A stretch of 64,000 nt of DNA from Promethearchaeota archaeon (GCA_016839765.1 JAEOTP010000015.1:98282-162281); one strand, 5' to 3'; positions 41,895-52,725 are shown, counted from the stretch's first letter. Translations and numbers: made by a program. The notes: generated by a model not told the origin, from the letters alone.

Positions 41895-42686
41895 ATGAGT
41901 AACCAAGATCTTATTTTATATGAAATAAAAGGGCGTATTGCTACGATTACAATTAATAGGCCTGATAAGGCTAACTCGTGTAATTTTGCAATGTTGAAAA
42001 AGATTCATGGGAGTTTAATTGATGCGGATAAAAATGAGAAAATTAAGTGTATATTAATTAAGAGTACAGGGGATAGGTTCTTTTCTGCGGGATATGACCT
42101 AAAAGAAATTCAAGGATCTCCTGAAAATGCTAAAATGATCCAAGAATGGGGAAGAAAAGTTAATGAAGCGATTGTTCTATTAAAGAAGCCTGTGATTGTG
42201 CAAGTTCAAGGTATTGCCGTTGGTTTCGGAGTATTAATAACCTTGGCGTCAGACTTACGAGTGTTTGCGGATAGACCTAAGGACAAGTTGTATTTAAGGC
42301 TTCCGGAAATAGCTATATCCGCCTTTCCACAAACTGGAGCTACCTTCCTTCCTTTAATAGCATTTGGATTAACTTACGCAAAAAATCTTCTATTCACTAC
42401 TGATAAAGTAGGGATACAAGAATTGCAAAATATTAATTTTCCAACCCGAGTGTTTCCACCAGAAAAACTTGAAGAAGAAACTCTTACTTTTGTAAAGCAA
42501 TTAACTAAATATCAAACAGAATTCTTATTTTTTATAAAATCGATGTTAGCAATCATGAATAAAAGATATATTAAATCATTTTTCGATTTAGAAGATGAAT
42601 GTGGGAAAGTTGCTTATGATACAGAAAAAAAATCCATGAAGGAACTTGATGACTTTATAAAGGGTTTACATGAAAAATATTCATAA
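41895..42686 (+). CDS. Crotonase-superfamily protein (one catalytic Glu missing)
   Basis: TINRPDKAN, FSAGYDL, AVGFGVL (no first Glu), LPE retained. Confidence 0.88.
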   Translation: MSNQDLILYEIKGRIATITINRPDKANSCNFAMLKKIHGSLIDADKNEKIKCILIKSTGDRFFSAGYDLKEIQGSPENAKMIQEWGRKVNEAIVLLKKPVIVQVQGIAVGFGVLITLASDLRVFADRPKDKLYLRLPEIAISAFPQTGATFLPLIAFGLTYAKNLLFTTDKVGIQELQNINFPTRVFPPEKLEEETLTFVKQLTKYQTEFLFFIKSMLAIMNKRYIKSFFDLEDECGKVAYDTEKKSMKELDDFIKGLHEKYS

Positions 42687-42858
42687 TCTTTTTTGAAGTA
42701 ATTAATAAAAAACTTTTTTTATTTTTTTTATCAGATTTTTTTTATCAGATTTTCTATCTTTTCAATAATCTAATATTGAAAATAAATTTGATATTATTTT
42801 TGGTGTTTAAATAACACTCTGTTTGTATTTAAAAAGGTTTAATTTAAAAAATTAATAA

Positions 42859-43743
42859 ATGCTAAATGGAAGAACCATAGAGGATTTTAATAAATTTAAA
42901 TCTGTTTTTTATGAAAAGATATCTGAGATCTATGGTACACACGATTGGATTGCTGATAGAGCTATTTTTATTCTTTATAACCAATTTCCAAATGACTTAT
43001 TGATAAGCTCTATCCGTCATAATATAAATCACATGCGAGTGTATTATTTATATGGAACTGAATTACCTGATCATATGACAAATCCTTTTAAATCTATTAA
43101 GATCACAACTGATTATGGAACTACATTAACAGAAGAAGATTTTTATAAGAGTCATAGTGTAATAATGCTTCCAAATGGTTGTATCAGTAAGAGAAGAAGA
43201 GGTTTGTTTAAGTCAGCTGAGTTGATTGAAAAAGTTTATAATAAAAATATTAATTTAAGAAAGGATTTTCAAGTTGCTTCCTTGTATCTAGGCTTTATTA
43301 GTCATTTAATTGGAGATGCTTGTTATATCCATCATGTCTATGAAGCTCCTGATGAATCAATAGGGCAACAAACTAAAGGTGAAATCTTAAAGAGAACTAG
43401 AAATACTCCAGAAGATATTTTGTGGCCTAATACAAAATCGATAAGAAATTATGAATTAGCTAAAAATGAATTTAATGGACAAATGTATTCATTAGAAAAA
43501 ATTCTTTTTTATTGTGTTTGGCATACTTTTTTTGGAAAACCACATAGATGTGGTGCATTCCAAAATATTATTATTCCTGATTGGAAATGGTATTCTACTA
43601 TTAAAATCCAAGAGGTAAATAAATTAAAAGATTCATTCTTATACAGAAAATGGTGGGAGGGTATTGAGATTCACCTCAACCTAGCTATTTTTTACACTGC
43701 TGCTGCAATAAATAGTTTAAGATGTTTAGAAAAAATTTCTTGA
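42859..43743 (+). CDS. Zinc-dependent phospholipase C / P1-nuclease-like protein
   Basis: GTHDWIA, YGTELPD, LGFISHLIGD...HH metal-ligand pattern. Confidence 0.65.
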   Translation: MLNGRTIEDFNKFKSVFYEKISEIYGTHDWIADRAIFILYNQFPNDLLISSIRHNINHMRVYYLYGTELPDHMTNPFKSIKITTDYGTTLTEEDFYKSHSVIMLPNGCISKRRRGLFKSAELIEKVYNKNINLRKDFQVASLYLGFISHLIGDACYIHHVYEAPDESIGQQTKGEILKRTRNTPEDILWPNTKSIRNYELAKNEFNGQMYSLEKILFYCVWHTFFGKPHRCGAFQNIIIPDWKWYSTIKIQEVNKLKDSFLYRKWWEGIEIHLNLAIFYTAAAINSLRCLEKIS

Positions 43744-43776
43744 CTTTTTAAAATAAATTTTACAAAAATAGATATG

Positions 43777-43831
43777 TTTAAATATAAATTGAACTTATAT
43801 TCTCATATGGAATGGTCTCATATGAGACTAT
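43777..43831 (+). promoter_or_regulatory. Promoter with tandem palindromic operator for the PadR operon
   Basis: TTTAAATA at 43777, perfect palindrome GTCTCATATGAGAC at 43815-43828, near-palindrome ATTCTCATATGGAAT at 43799-43813. Confidence 0.75.
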
Positions 43832-43858
43832 ATTATTTAGTGATTTATTAATATAGAA

Positions 43859-44452
43859 ATGTCAACACAAGAAAAGAGTAATACTAAATTATCTCTAAAT
43901 CATGCAGAATTCATTGTTCTGGGATTGATAGCTGAATATTCTAGTCATGCGTATGATATCAACAAAAGAATTGAAGAACGTGGAATGAGAGACTGGACTA
44001 ATATAGGTAGATCTTCGATTTATCGAGTAATCAAGAGTTTAGAAAAAAAAGGATTAACAAATAAATGGATAGAAGAAGTTGATAATAGAACACTAAAGGT
44101 TTATAATATAACAGAAAATGGTTCAAGAATTTTGAAGAAAAAGGTTTTTAATGTTATATCTGAATTCATGGGGAAAAAAGATGAGGATTTCTATGTTGCC
44201 TTTTCAATGCTTCCATTATTAACACAAGAAGAACAAATCAAGGCAATTAACCATTCATTAGACAAAATAAAGAAACATAAGAAAGGATTAGAAAGGATGT
44301 TAAAGCAGAATTCTCATACACCATTAAATGTTAGAGGTCTTTTTGAACATCCTATTAGGATATTAGGAACTGATATTGAATTTTTGGAATGGGTTTTAGA
44401 AGAAATTAAGAAAGGAGGAGGTCAAATTGACCCAGAATCATATGGTAAATAA
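43859..44452 (+). CDS. PadR family transcriptional regulator
   Basis: IVLGLI...HAYDI, SSIYRVIKSLEKKGL, KVYNITENG, helical C-terminal dimerisation domain. Confidence 0.92.
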   Translation: MSTQEKSNTKLSLNHAEFIVLGLIAEYSSHAYDINKRIEERGMRDWTNIGRSSIYRVIKSLEKKGLTNKWIEEVDNRTLKVYNITENGSRILKKKVFNVISEFMGKKDEDFYVAFSMLPLLTQEEQIKAINHSLDKIKKHKKGLERMLKQNSHTPLNVRGLFEHPIRILGTDIEFLEWVLEEIKKGGGQIDPESYGK

Positions 44453-45563
44453 CTTTATTCATAAGGTCGGCTCTCATTGTGAGTCTTCCGCAATGAGAGA
44501 TATGTTTGAATTTTACGGATTTCCCATGTCGGAACCCATGGCATTTGGACTTGATGGAACAATGGGATTCGCATATTTTGATAGCTCCACTAGAACAGCT
44601 GGATCAGAACCTTCAGATATGGCTATTTTTGTTGGTGGAAAACAAGATACAATCACACCAAATTCCTTAGCCTGTCGGCTTTTAGGCATTACTTTAAGAA
44701 AGCAATCATTTACAAGTGCAGATAAAGCATGGGAGGAATCTAAAAAGTTACTCTTGCAAGGTATTCCATTATTAATTCAAGTTGATTTGGGCTTCTTGAC
44801 TTATTTTGAAGAAGAGGAAGAAATACATTTTGGGGGGCATGCAATAACTCTTGCTGGATATGATGAAGAAAAAGGTATTGCGTACGTAGGAGATACCGAA
44901 TTTAAAGGCTTTCAAGAAGTATTAATTGAAGATTTGAAAAAAGCACGAAGTTCTAAACATGGTCCAAAATATTTACACCCAAACAATACCCAATATTCAA
45001 TGCAACGTCGTGTGGACGGAAAACATCCTCCATTTGCCGCGGGAGTAAAGTTAGCAATCCAAAAAGTTGTAGATCATATGTTAAGACCATCAATGAATAA
45101 CATTGGAATTCAAGGATTCAAACGGTTTGCAAATGCAATATTAAACTGGAATGAGACACTAATGGGTCAAATTATTAACCCTTATAATGGAAAAGAAGAG
45201 TCATCTGCTAGATTAACCTTTGAATTAATACATGGTTATATTGAAACTTGGGGTACTGGGGGTGCAAGTTTTCGAAATTTGTATAAATCCTTTCTCGAAG
45301 AACTCTTAGATCACCCGGAGTTAAAAGTGGGTCAAAGAGCATGGAAAACTGATGAATTGAACATTTTAAAGGACTCTATTCCACACATATCGGCATCTGC
45401 CCAAAAATGGACATTATTAGCAGAAACTTTAAAGAATGCTGCTGATGAATACAAAAGCGAATGTTTAAAGTATGTAAATCTTGATGAATTACATAATCTT
45501 ACTTTAGAAATGTTATCAGAAGAGGAACAACTCTTTAAGAAATTATCTAAAATTAAAATTTAA
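44427..45563 (+). CDS. BtrH-like papain-fold peptidase with DUF4872 domain
   Basis: HCESS (catalytic Cys), SEPMAFGL, HFGGH, GYD, GTGGASFRNLY. Confidence 0.88.
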   Translation: MTQNHMVNNFIHKVGSHCESSAMRDMFEFYGFPMSEPMAFGLDGTMGFAYFDSSTRTAGSEPSDMAIFVGGKQDTITPNSLACRLLGITLRKQSFTSADKAWEESKKLLLQGIPLLIQVDLGFLTYFEEEEEIHFGGHAITLAGYDEEKGIAYVGDTEFKGFQEVLIEDLKKARSSKHGPKYLHPNNTQYSMQRRVDGKHPPFAAGVKLAIQKVVDHMLRPSMNNIGIQGFKRFANAILNWNETLMGQIINPYNGKEESSARLTFELIHGYIETWGTGGASFRNLYKSFLEELLDHPELKVGQRAWKTDELNILKDSIPHISASAQKWTLLAETLKNAADEYKSECLKYVNLDELHNLTLEMLSEEEQLFKKLSKIKI

Positions 45564-45583
45564 TTTATGGAGGTCAAATAACA

Positions 45584-46600
45584 GTGAAAAAATGGAAATC
45601 ATATTTGAACTCAGATCCAATTGATTGGTTATTAGAAGAAAATAATCCTTCAGTTCGATACTTTACGCTAACAGATATTTTAGATAAGGATCAGAACGAT
45701 GATGAGGTTAAAGAAGCACAAGAAAAAATTATGGCTGAAGGTATTGTTCCCAAAATTTTAAACAAGCAAAAAACTGGGGGATATTGGGAAACTGCCGAAA
45801 ATTTTTATATTAGAACAAAATATAAAGGAACAATATGGCAGTTCATAGTATTATCTGAACTTCATGCTGATAGTAATGATGAAAAGATTCAGAAAACTTG
45901 TGAATTTATCCTTCAGAATTCTCAAGATAAGTTAAGTGGAGCATTTGCTTATTATAGTGGAGAAAATGGTGGTGATCATAATAAAGTATTAGCTTGTTTA
46001 ACCGGTAATATGCTCTGGAGTTTGATTAGATTTGGATATTTGGGGGATTCTAGAATTCAAAAAGGGATAGACTGGATTACTAAATATCAACGCTTCGATG
46101 ATGGTGGAAAAAGGCCTCCAGAAGAATGGCCTTATAATGTAGGCTCTAAGAAAGGTGAAGCTTGTTGGGGAACACACACATGTCATATGGCGGTTGTAAA
46201 AAATCTAAAGGCACTAGCGGAGATACCCCCAGATAAAAGATCATATGACCTAAGAGGTACAATTAATAAAGCTGCTGAATACATGCTTAATCATCATGTT
46301 TATAAGCAAAGTCATAATTTGGATGCTGTTGCGAAGCAGCAATGGGTTCAATTTGGTTTTCCTTTATTTTGGAAAATCGATGCTTTAGAAGTTTTAGATA
46401 TCTTAACAAAAATAGGATTTAAAGATGATAGAATGAAAGAAGCCATTGATTTAATTGTATCTAAGCAAAATGAGAATAGTCGATGGATATTAGAGAAATC
46501 TTTTAATGGACGAATGCAAGCAAATATCGAACAAAAAGGAAAGGAAAGTAAATGGATTACACTTTTTGCCTTAAGAGTTTTAAAACGATTTTATAGTTGA
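45584..46600 (+). CDS. Alpha/alpha-toroid (prenyltransferase/squalene cyclase repeat-like) protein
   Basis: DWLLEENNPSVRY, QKTGGYW, QRFDDG, FGFP, ESKWITL. Confidence 0.75.
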   Translation: MKKWKSYLNSDPIDWLLEENNPSVRYFTLTDILDKDQNDDEVKEAQEKIMAEGIVPKILNKQKTGGYWETAENFYIRTKYKGTIWQFIVLSELHADSNDEKIQKTCEFILQNSQDKLSGAFAYYSGENGGDHNKVLACLTGNMLWSLIRFGYLGDSRIQKGIDWITKYQRFDDGGKRPPEEWPYNVGSKKGEACWGTHTCHMAVVKNLKALAEIPPDKRSYDLRGTINKAAEYMLNHHVYKQSHNLDAVAKQQWVQFGFPLFWKIDALEVLDILTKIGFKDDRMKEAIDLIVSKQNENSRWILEKSFNGRMQANIEQKGKESKWITLFALRVLKRFYS

Positions 46601-46638
46601 AATAAATTTTTAAAAACAAAAGGATAAGTGGAGATAAA

Positions 46639-47067
46639 ATGGTTGATAATAATTTAGCAGCGCCCTGCGGTATATTTTGCGGTGCTTGCAGGCAATACCT
46701 CCTCTGGAAAAAAGACTTATTAGAAGAAAGAGGGTATAAAATAGGTTGTAAAGGGTGTCGAATAAGGAATAAAAATTGTGTTTTTATAAGAAAAGATTGT
46801 TCTGCATTAAGAAAAAAAGAATTAGAATTTTGTTATGAATGTGATAGCTTTCCTTGTCAAAAGTTACAAAAAATGGATAATCTTTATCAAGAAAGGTATT
46901 CTGTCAATATGGTTAATAATTTAAAAAGGATTGAAGAAATTGGAGTCGAATTGTGGCTCCAAGAGCAAGAAAAACTCTATTCATGCCCAAAATGTAAGGG
47001 CGAAATTTGCATTCATGATGCGGAATGCTATGATTGTGGTAATAAAATTAATCCAAATATAAAGTAG
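46639..47067 (+). CDS. DUF3795 Cys-rich metal-binding protein
   Basis: APCGIFCGAC, CKGC, FCYECDSFPC, CPKC...CYDC. Confidence 0.88.
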   Translation: MVDNNLAAPCGIFCGACRQYLLWKKDLLEERGYKIGCKGCRIRNKNCVFIRKDCSALRKKELEFCYECDSFPCQKLQKMDNLYQERYSVNMVNNLKRIEEIGVELWLQEQEKLYSCPKCKGEICIHDAECYDCGNKINPNIK

Positions 47068-47078
47068 AAGGGAAAAAA

Positions 47079-48248
47079 ATGGTTAGATTAGTAATAGATG
47101 ATTTTAAACATATGGCCGGTGCAAATTGCCAGACTTCAAGTTTAAGAAAATTACTTGCGTATTATGGCATTGAGCTTTCCGAACCAATGATAATTGGATT
47201 GTGTTCGGGGTTGGGTTTTTTCTATTTTTACATGAAAAGAATGCCCTTTCCAATGGTGTTAGGATTGGCAGTTAAGAAAACCGAGGTTTTTGAAAGAGTT
47301 TTAAGCATTCTGGGAGGAAGTGTAAAAGTTACAGAAACAGCATCTGAAAATGCTGCCCATAATAATTTAATTGCATTATTAGAGAAAGGTCAACCCGCTA
47401 TAACATTTGTTGATTTTGCATACTTACCTTTCTTTTTTGCAGAGGGCACTCCCATCCCTAATGAACAATCGGGTCATTTTGGTGCCCATACATTTGTAAC
47501 ATATGGAATTGATGAGGAAAAAAATGAAGCTTATATCTCCGATCGATATGCTAATCCTCATATAATGTCCTATGAGCAATTAAAGGCAGCAAGGGGTAGC
47601 AAATACGCACCTTTTCCAGCCAAGAATAAATTAGTTGAGTTAAGCTTACCAAAAAAAGTTAAGAATTTAAAAGAAATTATTCACACTGCTATAAAGGCTA
47701 ATGTGAATTATATGTACAATCCTCCAATCCGTAATATGGGATTGACTGGTTTTGAGAAATGGAGAAAGATGCTTCCGACTTGGGCTACCGACTTTAACGA
47801 TGATAATCTATTGTTTGGTCTAATTTCTGTGTTTATTTACATGGAGACCGGAGGGACTGGTGGTGCAATGTTTCGAATTTTATATCGGGATTTCTTAAAA
47901 GAAGCAGGAAATTTATTGAATAATAATGGGCTTCTTAAAGCTTCAGATATGTTTGATGAAATTGTTTATAAAATTCGAGAATTAGAAACTATAATCTTGC
48001 CGGATGACCTTCCTAACCTTGGAAAATTAAGAGAATTATTCCTAAAAAGTAATGAGATTACGGAAAAAGGAGCAAGCGATTATCAAAAGCAATTGAAAAA
48101 GCTTGATGATGAATTTGAAAAGGTTACAAATGGAGCCAAAAAGGAAATAGATTCATGGAGAGACCGTATCCCCCATATAGATAAGGGAATTCATGAATGG
48201 GCAGAATTAGAAACTAATGCATGGGAAACAATAAAAAAATCAATATAA
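47079..48248 (+). CDS. Second BtrH-like peptidase with DUF4872 domain
   Basis: NCQTSS, SEPMIIGL, HFGAH, GTGGAMFRILY. Confidence 0.88.
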   Translation: MVRLVIDDFKHMAGANCQTSSLRKLLAYYGIELSEPMIIGLCSGLGFFYFYMKRMPFPMVLGLAVKKTEVFERVLSILGGSVKVTETASENAAHNNLIALLEKGQPAITFVDFAYLPFFFAEGTPIPNEQSGHFGAHTFVTYGIDEEKNEAYISDRYANPHIMSYEQLKAARGSKYAPFPAKNKLVELSLPKKVKNLKEIIHTAIKANVNYMYNPPIRNMGLTGFEKWRKMLPTWATDFNDDNLLFGLISVFIYMETGGTGGAMFRILYRDFLKEAGNLLNNNGLLKASDMFDEIVYKIRELETIILPDDLPNLGKLRELFLKSNEITEKGASDYQKQLKKLDDEFEKVTNGAKKEIDSWRDRIPHIDKGIHEWAELETNAWETIKKSI

Positions 48249-48267
48249 GAAGAGAAAATGTGTTAAG

Positions 48268-48939
48268 ATGTCACTAGATATTTTGAAAGAATTGGATGTT
48301 GAAAAAATGCGAGAGGTCTTTCTAAAATATACAAGAAAAGCATTTGAAATGCTTCCCGTGATGAAAAATCTAAGTATTTTAGATATAGGTTGTGGGTCCG
48401 GTACTCCAACAATCGAATTAGCAAGGCTTAGCGATGGAAAGATTACTGGAATCGATATTGATCAAGCTGCTTTAGATAGATTCAAATCAAAAGTCGAAAA
48501 AGAAGGTCTCTCAAGTCGTATAAAAATACTAAATCGTTCCATATATAATACAAACTTTTCAGCGGAGAGTTTTAATCTTATTTGGGATGAAGGAGTATTA
48601 CATATCCTAAATACCAAGAAGAGTTTAGTGGAATGTAATCGAATATTAAAGCTAAATGGATTTTTGGTCGTAGGGGAAGTAATAAAATGGATTAGTAATA
48701 ACTTAGAAGTCTTTCCTAAATGTGGTTTTAATCTCATGAATAAGTTTTTATTACCAGAGGAATGTTGGTGGAGAGAATATTATTTACCAATGGAAATAAA
48801 GATCAAGGAATTACGTTCTAAATTTAAAAAATCTAAAGAGCTAGAAAAATTGAAACCCTATGAAAGTGAAATTAACATGGTTAAGAAAAATCCTAAAGAA
48901 TTTGATGGTGCATTCTACATTTTTCAAAAAGTAAACTAA
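48268..48939 (+). CDS. Class I SAM-dependent methyltransferase
   Basis: ILDIGCGSG, ITGID, LIWDEG. Confidence 0.92.
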   Translation: MSLDILKELDVEKMREVFLKYTRKAFEMLPVMKNLSILDIGCGSGTPTIELARLSDGKITGIDIDQAALDRFKSKVEKEGLSSRIKILNRSIYNTNFSAESFNLIWDEGVLHILNTKKSLVECNRILKLNGFLVVGEVIKWISNNLEVFPKCGFNLMNKFLLPEECWWREYYLPMEIKIKELRSKFKKSKELEKLKPYESEINMVKKNPKEFDGAFYIFQKVN

Positions 48940-48959
48940 AAAAAGGGATGAGTTAGAAT

Positions 48960-51464
48960 ATGGATGAGATAAAAGTTGTTGGAGCAAGAATCCATAATTT
49001 GAAAAACATAAATGTTAATATCCCGAAGGGAAAGATGATTCTTATTACGGGAGTCTCAGGCTCAGGTAAATCAAGCTTGGCATTTGATATCATATTTGAT
49101 GAGGGAATGAATCGATATCTTCAATCTATCGGCTTTCCACCTAAGTTTGAAGATGAGAAGCCTTTTGATTTAATTGAAGGTCTAAGTCCCACGATAGCAG
49201 TGGAACAAAGAACTACACGTGTATTTAATCCACGCTCTACTGTTGGAACTAAAACAGGAATTTATGGTTTACTCAGAATGCTTTATGCTACTGAAGGTAT
49301 TTTGATATGCCCTATTTGTAAGGAACCAGTTAATAATAATCTAGAATGCGATTTGTGTGGGATGGTCGTAGAAAGGAAGCAAATTAAACATTTTTCGTTT
49401 AATGAACCCTCTGGTATGTGCCTATCATGTAAAGGTAGGGGGTATACTATGCATATTACGGAGGATTTAATCGTTCAAGATAATAATAGAAACTTAATTC
49501 AAATAACAAAAGCAGGTTCAGCTGTTTTTGCTGATCAAATTCGCTTTGTTGAACAATTACCAAGATTTTACGATTTTGACATTAAGACACCGTATAAAGA
49601 TTTACCAGATAATATAAAACAGGTGTTTTTATATGGTAGTGGTAAAAAATTACCTTTTGAGTGGGACTCAAAGACATTTACAGGAATATTAGAAAGAGTG
49701 TTTGAAGGAATTATTCCGCATGTAAAGCGTGCTCTCGCAGAGTCAAAAAGTGCATATAGAAGACATAAAATTCATGAAAATTTCATGTCAATGAAAAAAT
49801 GTGAAGAATGTGATGGTTATCGAATAAATGAACAAGCTAGAGAGGTTAAAATCGCAGGAAAACATGTTGGTGAGCTAGCTATGATGACTATGGATGAATT
49901 GATAGTATTTTTGGAAAGCATTAGTGAAGAACATGTGAGAAGTCCACAAGGTGAATCAATGTTAGATAGTTTATTAGAGGGTTTAAAACGTATGATTAAT
50001 GTTGGTCTCTCATACCTACATTTAAATCGTTCTTTACCTACATTAAGTGGTGGTGAACTACAACGATTATCTCTTATGACTCATTTAGATGCTGGTCTTG
50101 ATTCTCTTATTTATATATTAGATGAACCCAGCATGAGTTTACATGAAAAAGAGAAGGAATCATTAATTGATATATTAAAAGAATTGAAAGATTTAGGAAA
50201 TACGGTAATCATTGTTGAGCATGATAAACGTTTTATAGATATTGCTGATGAAATAATAGATATTGGTCCAGGAGCGGGTGTTAATGGGGGTGAGATAGTT
50301 TATCAAGGCTCGATTGATGGAATAATAGAAGTTGAAAATTCTTACACTGGTCAATTTTTAGCTGGTAATATTAAATTACCTGAAAAACCCATAGAAGAAC
50401 GTAAGATTATTAACACAAACACAAAATTTCTTACAATTAGAAATGTAAAAACAAACAACCTAAAAGATATTTCAGTTAAAATTCCATTGGGAATGATGGT
50501 AGGTATTGCTGGGGTTTCAGGATCTGGGAAAAGTTCTCTAATATTGGATACACTAGTACCACTGATAAAACCATTTTTCAAAAGAGGTGCTGAAATAAAG
50601 CAAATGAAAAAGGAGAATAATAATGAAAACGAGGAAAATGATAAAGACCTTTTAGAATATTCTGGAATTATAGAAGGATGGGAAAATGTAGATGAAGTCA
50701 TTGTTGTCAACCAAAAGCCAATTTCAAGGGTAAGAACCTCGACACCTTGCTCTTTTATCGGGATTTGGGAAAAAATTAGAAATATATTTGCTAAAACTCC
50801 TGAGGCAAAAAGGAGAAAATATAAAGCGGGACATTTTTCTTATAATTCTGATAACGGAAGATGTCCTGTTTGCCGAGGTAATGGTGTTCAAGATTTACAA
50901 ATATCATTTCTTAGTAGCTTCACAATCCCATGTAAGGAATGTAAAGGTATGAGATATAAGCCGGAAATCTTAGAAGTTAAATATAAAGAAAAGACGATTT
51001 CAGAGGTGTTGGACATGACAGTAAGTGAGGCATTAGAACTTTTTAGATCCCAAACAAATATTTCCAATATATTAAAAATCCTTGATAGTATTGGTATGGG
51101 TTATATCACACTTGGACAACCAGCTCCAACATTAAGTGGGGGTGAGGCTCAGCGTATCAAACTAGCGAAAGAATTAGGAAAAGCACGTAAAGGTAATTCA
51201 TTGTATATATTAGATGAACCTACAGTTGGTTTATCATTCTATGATGCTGTAAAGTTAATGGAATTACTCGAACAGCTTGTTAAAGAGGGAAATAGTGTCA
51301 TTATAATAGAGCATGATCCTCAAATCCTTGCTTATACTGACTATATTATTGAATTAGGACCTGAAGGAGGACCAAAAGGTGGAAAAGTTATTGCTAAAGG
51401 TAATCCAGAAGAAATAAAAAAATCTAAAGAATCTATAACAGCTGCTTATCTAAGTATAAGTTAG
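48960..51464 (+). CDS. uvrA: UvrA-like ATPase, class II (DrrC/Ecm16 type)
   Basis: Two ABC modules (GVSGSGKSS twice, LSGGE twice, LDEP twice) and Zn fingers. At 834 aa the region after the first Zn module is short, consistent with loss of the UvrB-binding domain. Confidence 0.85.
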   Translation: MDEIKVVGARIHNLKNINVNIPKGKMILITGVSGSGKSSLAFDIIFDEGMNRYLQSIGFPPKFEDEKPFDLIEGLSPTIAVEQRTTRVFNPRSTVGTKTGIYGLLRMLYATEGILICPICKEPVNNNLECDLCGMVVERKQIKHFSFNEPSGMCLSCKGRGYTMHITEDLIVQDNNRNLIQITKAGSAVFADQIRFVEQLPRFYDFDIKTPYKDLPDNIKQVFLYGSGKKLPFEWDSKTFTGILERVFEGIIPHVKRALAESKSAYRRHKIHENFMSMKKCEECDGYRINEQAREVKIAGKHVGELAMMTMDELIVFLESISEEHVRSPQGESMLDSLLEGLKRMINVGLSYLHLNRSLPTLSGGELQRLSLMTHLDAGLDSLIYILDEPSMSLHEKEKESLIDILKELKDLGNTVIIVEHDKRFIDIADEIIDIGPGAGVNGGEIVYQGSIDGIIEVENSYTGQFLAGNIKLPEKPIEERKIINTNTKFLTIRNVKTNNLKDISVKIPLGMMVGIAGVSGSGKSSLILDTLVPLIKPFFKRGAEIKQMKKENNNENEENDKDLLEYSGIIEGWENVDEVIVVNQKPISRVRTSTPCSFIGIWEKIRNIFAKTPEAKRRKYKAGHFSYNSDNGRCPVCRGNGVQDLQISFLSSFTIPCKECKGMRYKPEILEVKYKEKTISEVLDMTVSEALELFRSQTNISNILKILDSIGMGYITLGQPAPTLSGGEAQRIKLAKELGKARKGNSLYILDEPTVGLSFYDAVKLMELLEQLVKEGNSVIIIEHDPQILAYTDYIIELGPEGGPKGGKVIAKGNPEEIKKSKESITAAYLSIS

Positions 51465-51600
51465 ACATATCATTCTTTTTTACAAATCTGTTTAATAATG
51501 CGCCTTAAGTCCAATTTGATTCAACAATTGAGATAATAATTTAAAAAGCCTCCAGTATATAAGAGATTAACATAAATTGTTCTTAATCAGGGAATATTTT

Positions 51601-52725
51601 ATGAAATTTAATAGAATAATATTATTTATTTTAGTTTTTTCTTGTCTATTCACAAAAATCAGTATTACTAACGGTGTTAGTACCCATTCCCCTAATCCTG
51701 TTCCTCAATCCTGTACAATATTTACAGCTACAGTAGGGGATAAGGTCTTTTTTGGAAATAGTGAAGATTACGATATGGAAGGAGTATATATATGGCTTAT
51801 TCCAAGTCAGGAAATTGACCCAGGAACCCCTGAGGGAAAGCAGCTAATGCATGGAGCAATATTTTTTGGATTTTATAATAATTCTTTTATAGGTGATGGA
51901 GTACCGCAGGGTGGGATGAATGATCAAGGTTTGTGTTATGATGCAAATGGACTACCAATCGCTCCCCTGAATGACCACCCCGAGCGAAATGATACATACC
52001 CAGAAATACACGTTGGGTTTCAATGGTTATGGGAATTAACTACTGGTGAGGATGCTATTGAATTTTTTGAAAATTATTATTTTGGTACAGCCATTGCAGC
52101 TCAGACTCACTTTGCTGATGCTACAGGGGATGCAGTAGTTGTGAGTGCAGGAACTGATGGAGAATTCGCCTATACGCGTATAAATGATTCAAATTATTTG
52201 GTTTCAACTAATTTTAACTTAGCAAATCCATCAAATGGATGGTATCCTTGCGAGCGCTATGATACAGCATGTTCTATACTTGATGATATTAACTCCGAAG
52301 AGGATCTCACTATTGACATTTGTCGGGATGTTTTAAATTCTGTAGCTATGTATCAAACCTGGTATAGCAATATTTTCGATCCTGTTAATCGTGATGTTTA
52401 TCTTTATTATCATCACGATTTTACTAAAGTTGTTAAACTGAATTTAGATGATGAATTAGCCAAGATTGTCCCTGGGGCTCCTGAAGTTCAATATTTCGGA
52501 TTTACACATGGTAGAATCTATCCCAGTGGGAATAAAAGTGGAATTATTGGTAAAATGATTCCAATTGCTGACTTATTTAAACCCGAGCCAATTTACAGAA
52601 TCATTATCGATGAAGAGACCATCTTAATAATCTCTTTGGTCGCAATTGGAATTGTTGGTGCAAGTTCATTAATAGTCTGGGTATTTGTTGATGAAAAAAA
52701 GAAAGCGCGTGATAAAAGAAAGTGA
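51601..52725 (+). CDS. Secreted, C-terminally membrane-anchored Ntn-hydrolase (C45/C59-like)
   Basis: Signal peptide, S|CTIF nucleophile Cys, GNSED, GGMNDQGL, STNF, C-terminal TM plus basic tail. Confidence 0.85.
   Translation: MKFNRIILFILVFSCLFTKISITNGVSTHSPNPVPQSCTIFTATVGDKVFFGNSEDYDMEGVYIWLIPSQEIDPGTPEGKQLMHGAIFFGFYNNSFIGDGVPQGGMNDQGLCYDANGLPIAPLNDHPERNDTYPEIHVGFQWLWELTTGEDAIEFFENYYFGTAIAAQTHFADATGDAVVVSAGTDGEFAYTRINDSNYLVSTNFNLANPSNGWYPCERYDTACSILDDINSEEDLTIDICRDVLNSVAMYQTWYSNIFDPVNRDVYLYYHHDFTKVVKLNLDDELAKIVPGAPEVQYFGFTHGRIYPSGNKSGIIGKMIPIADLFKPEPIYRIIIDEETILIISLVAIGIVGASSLIVWVFVDEKKKARDKRK

Noticed and set aside
42722-42752. Short tandem duplication TTTTTTTATCAGAT x2
   Set aside because: Two copies in a T-rich terminator-like region, likely slippage and not a CRISPR or iteron array.
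45584-46600. Possible squalene/hopene cyclase or nitrogenase-related protein
   Set aside because: No DXDD catalytic motif and no P-loop or NifH cysteine motifs. Only the helical-toroid pattern is supported.
48960-51464. Canonical NER UvrA
   Set aside because: Short, apparently lacks the UvrB-binding domain, and has no uvrB/uvrC nearby.
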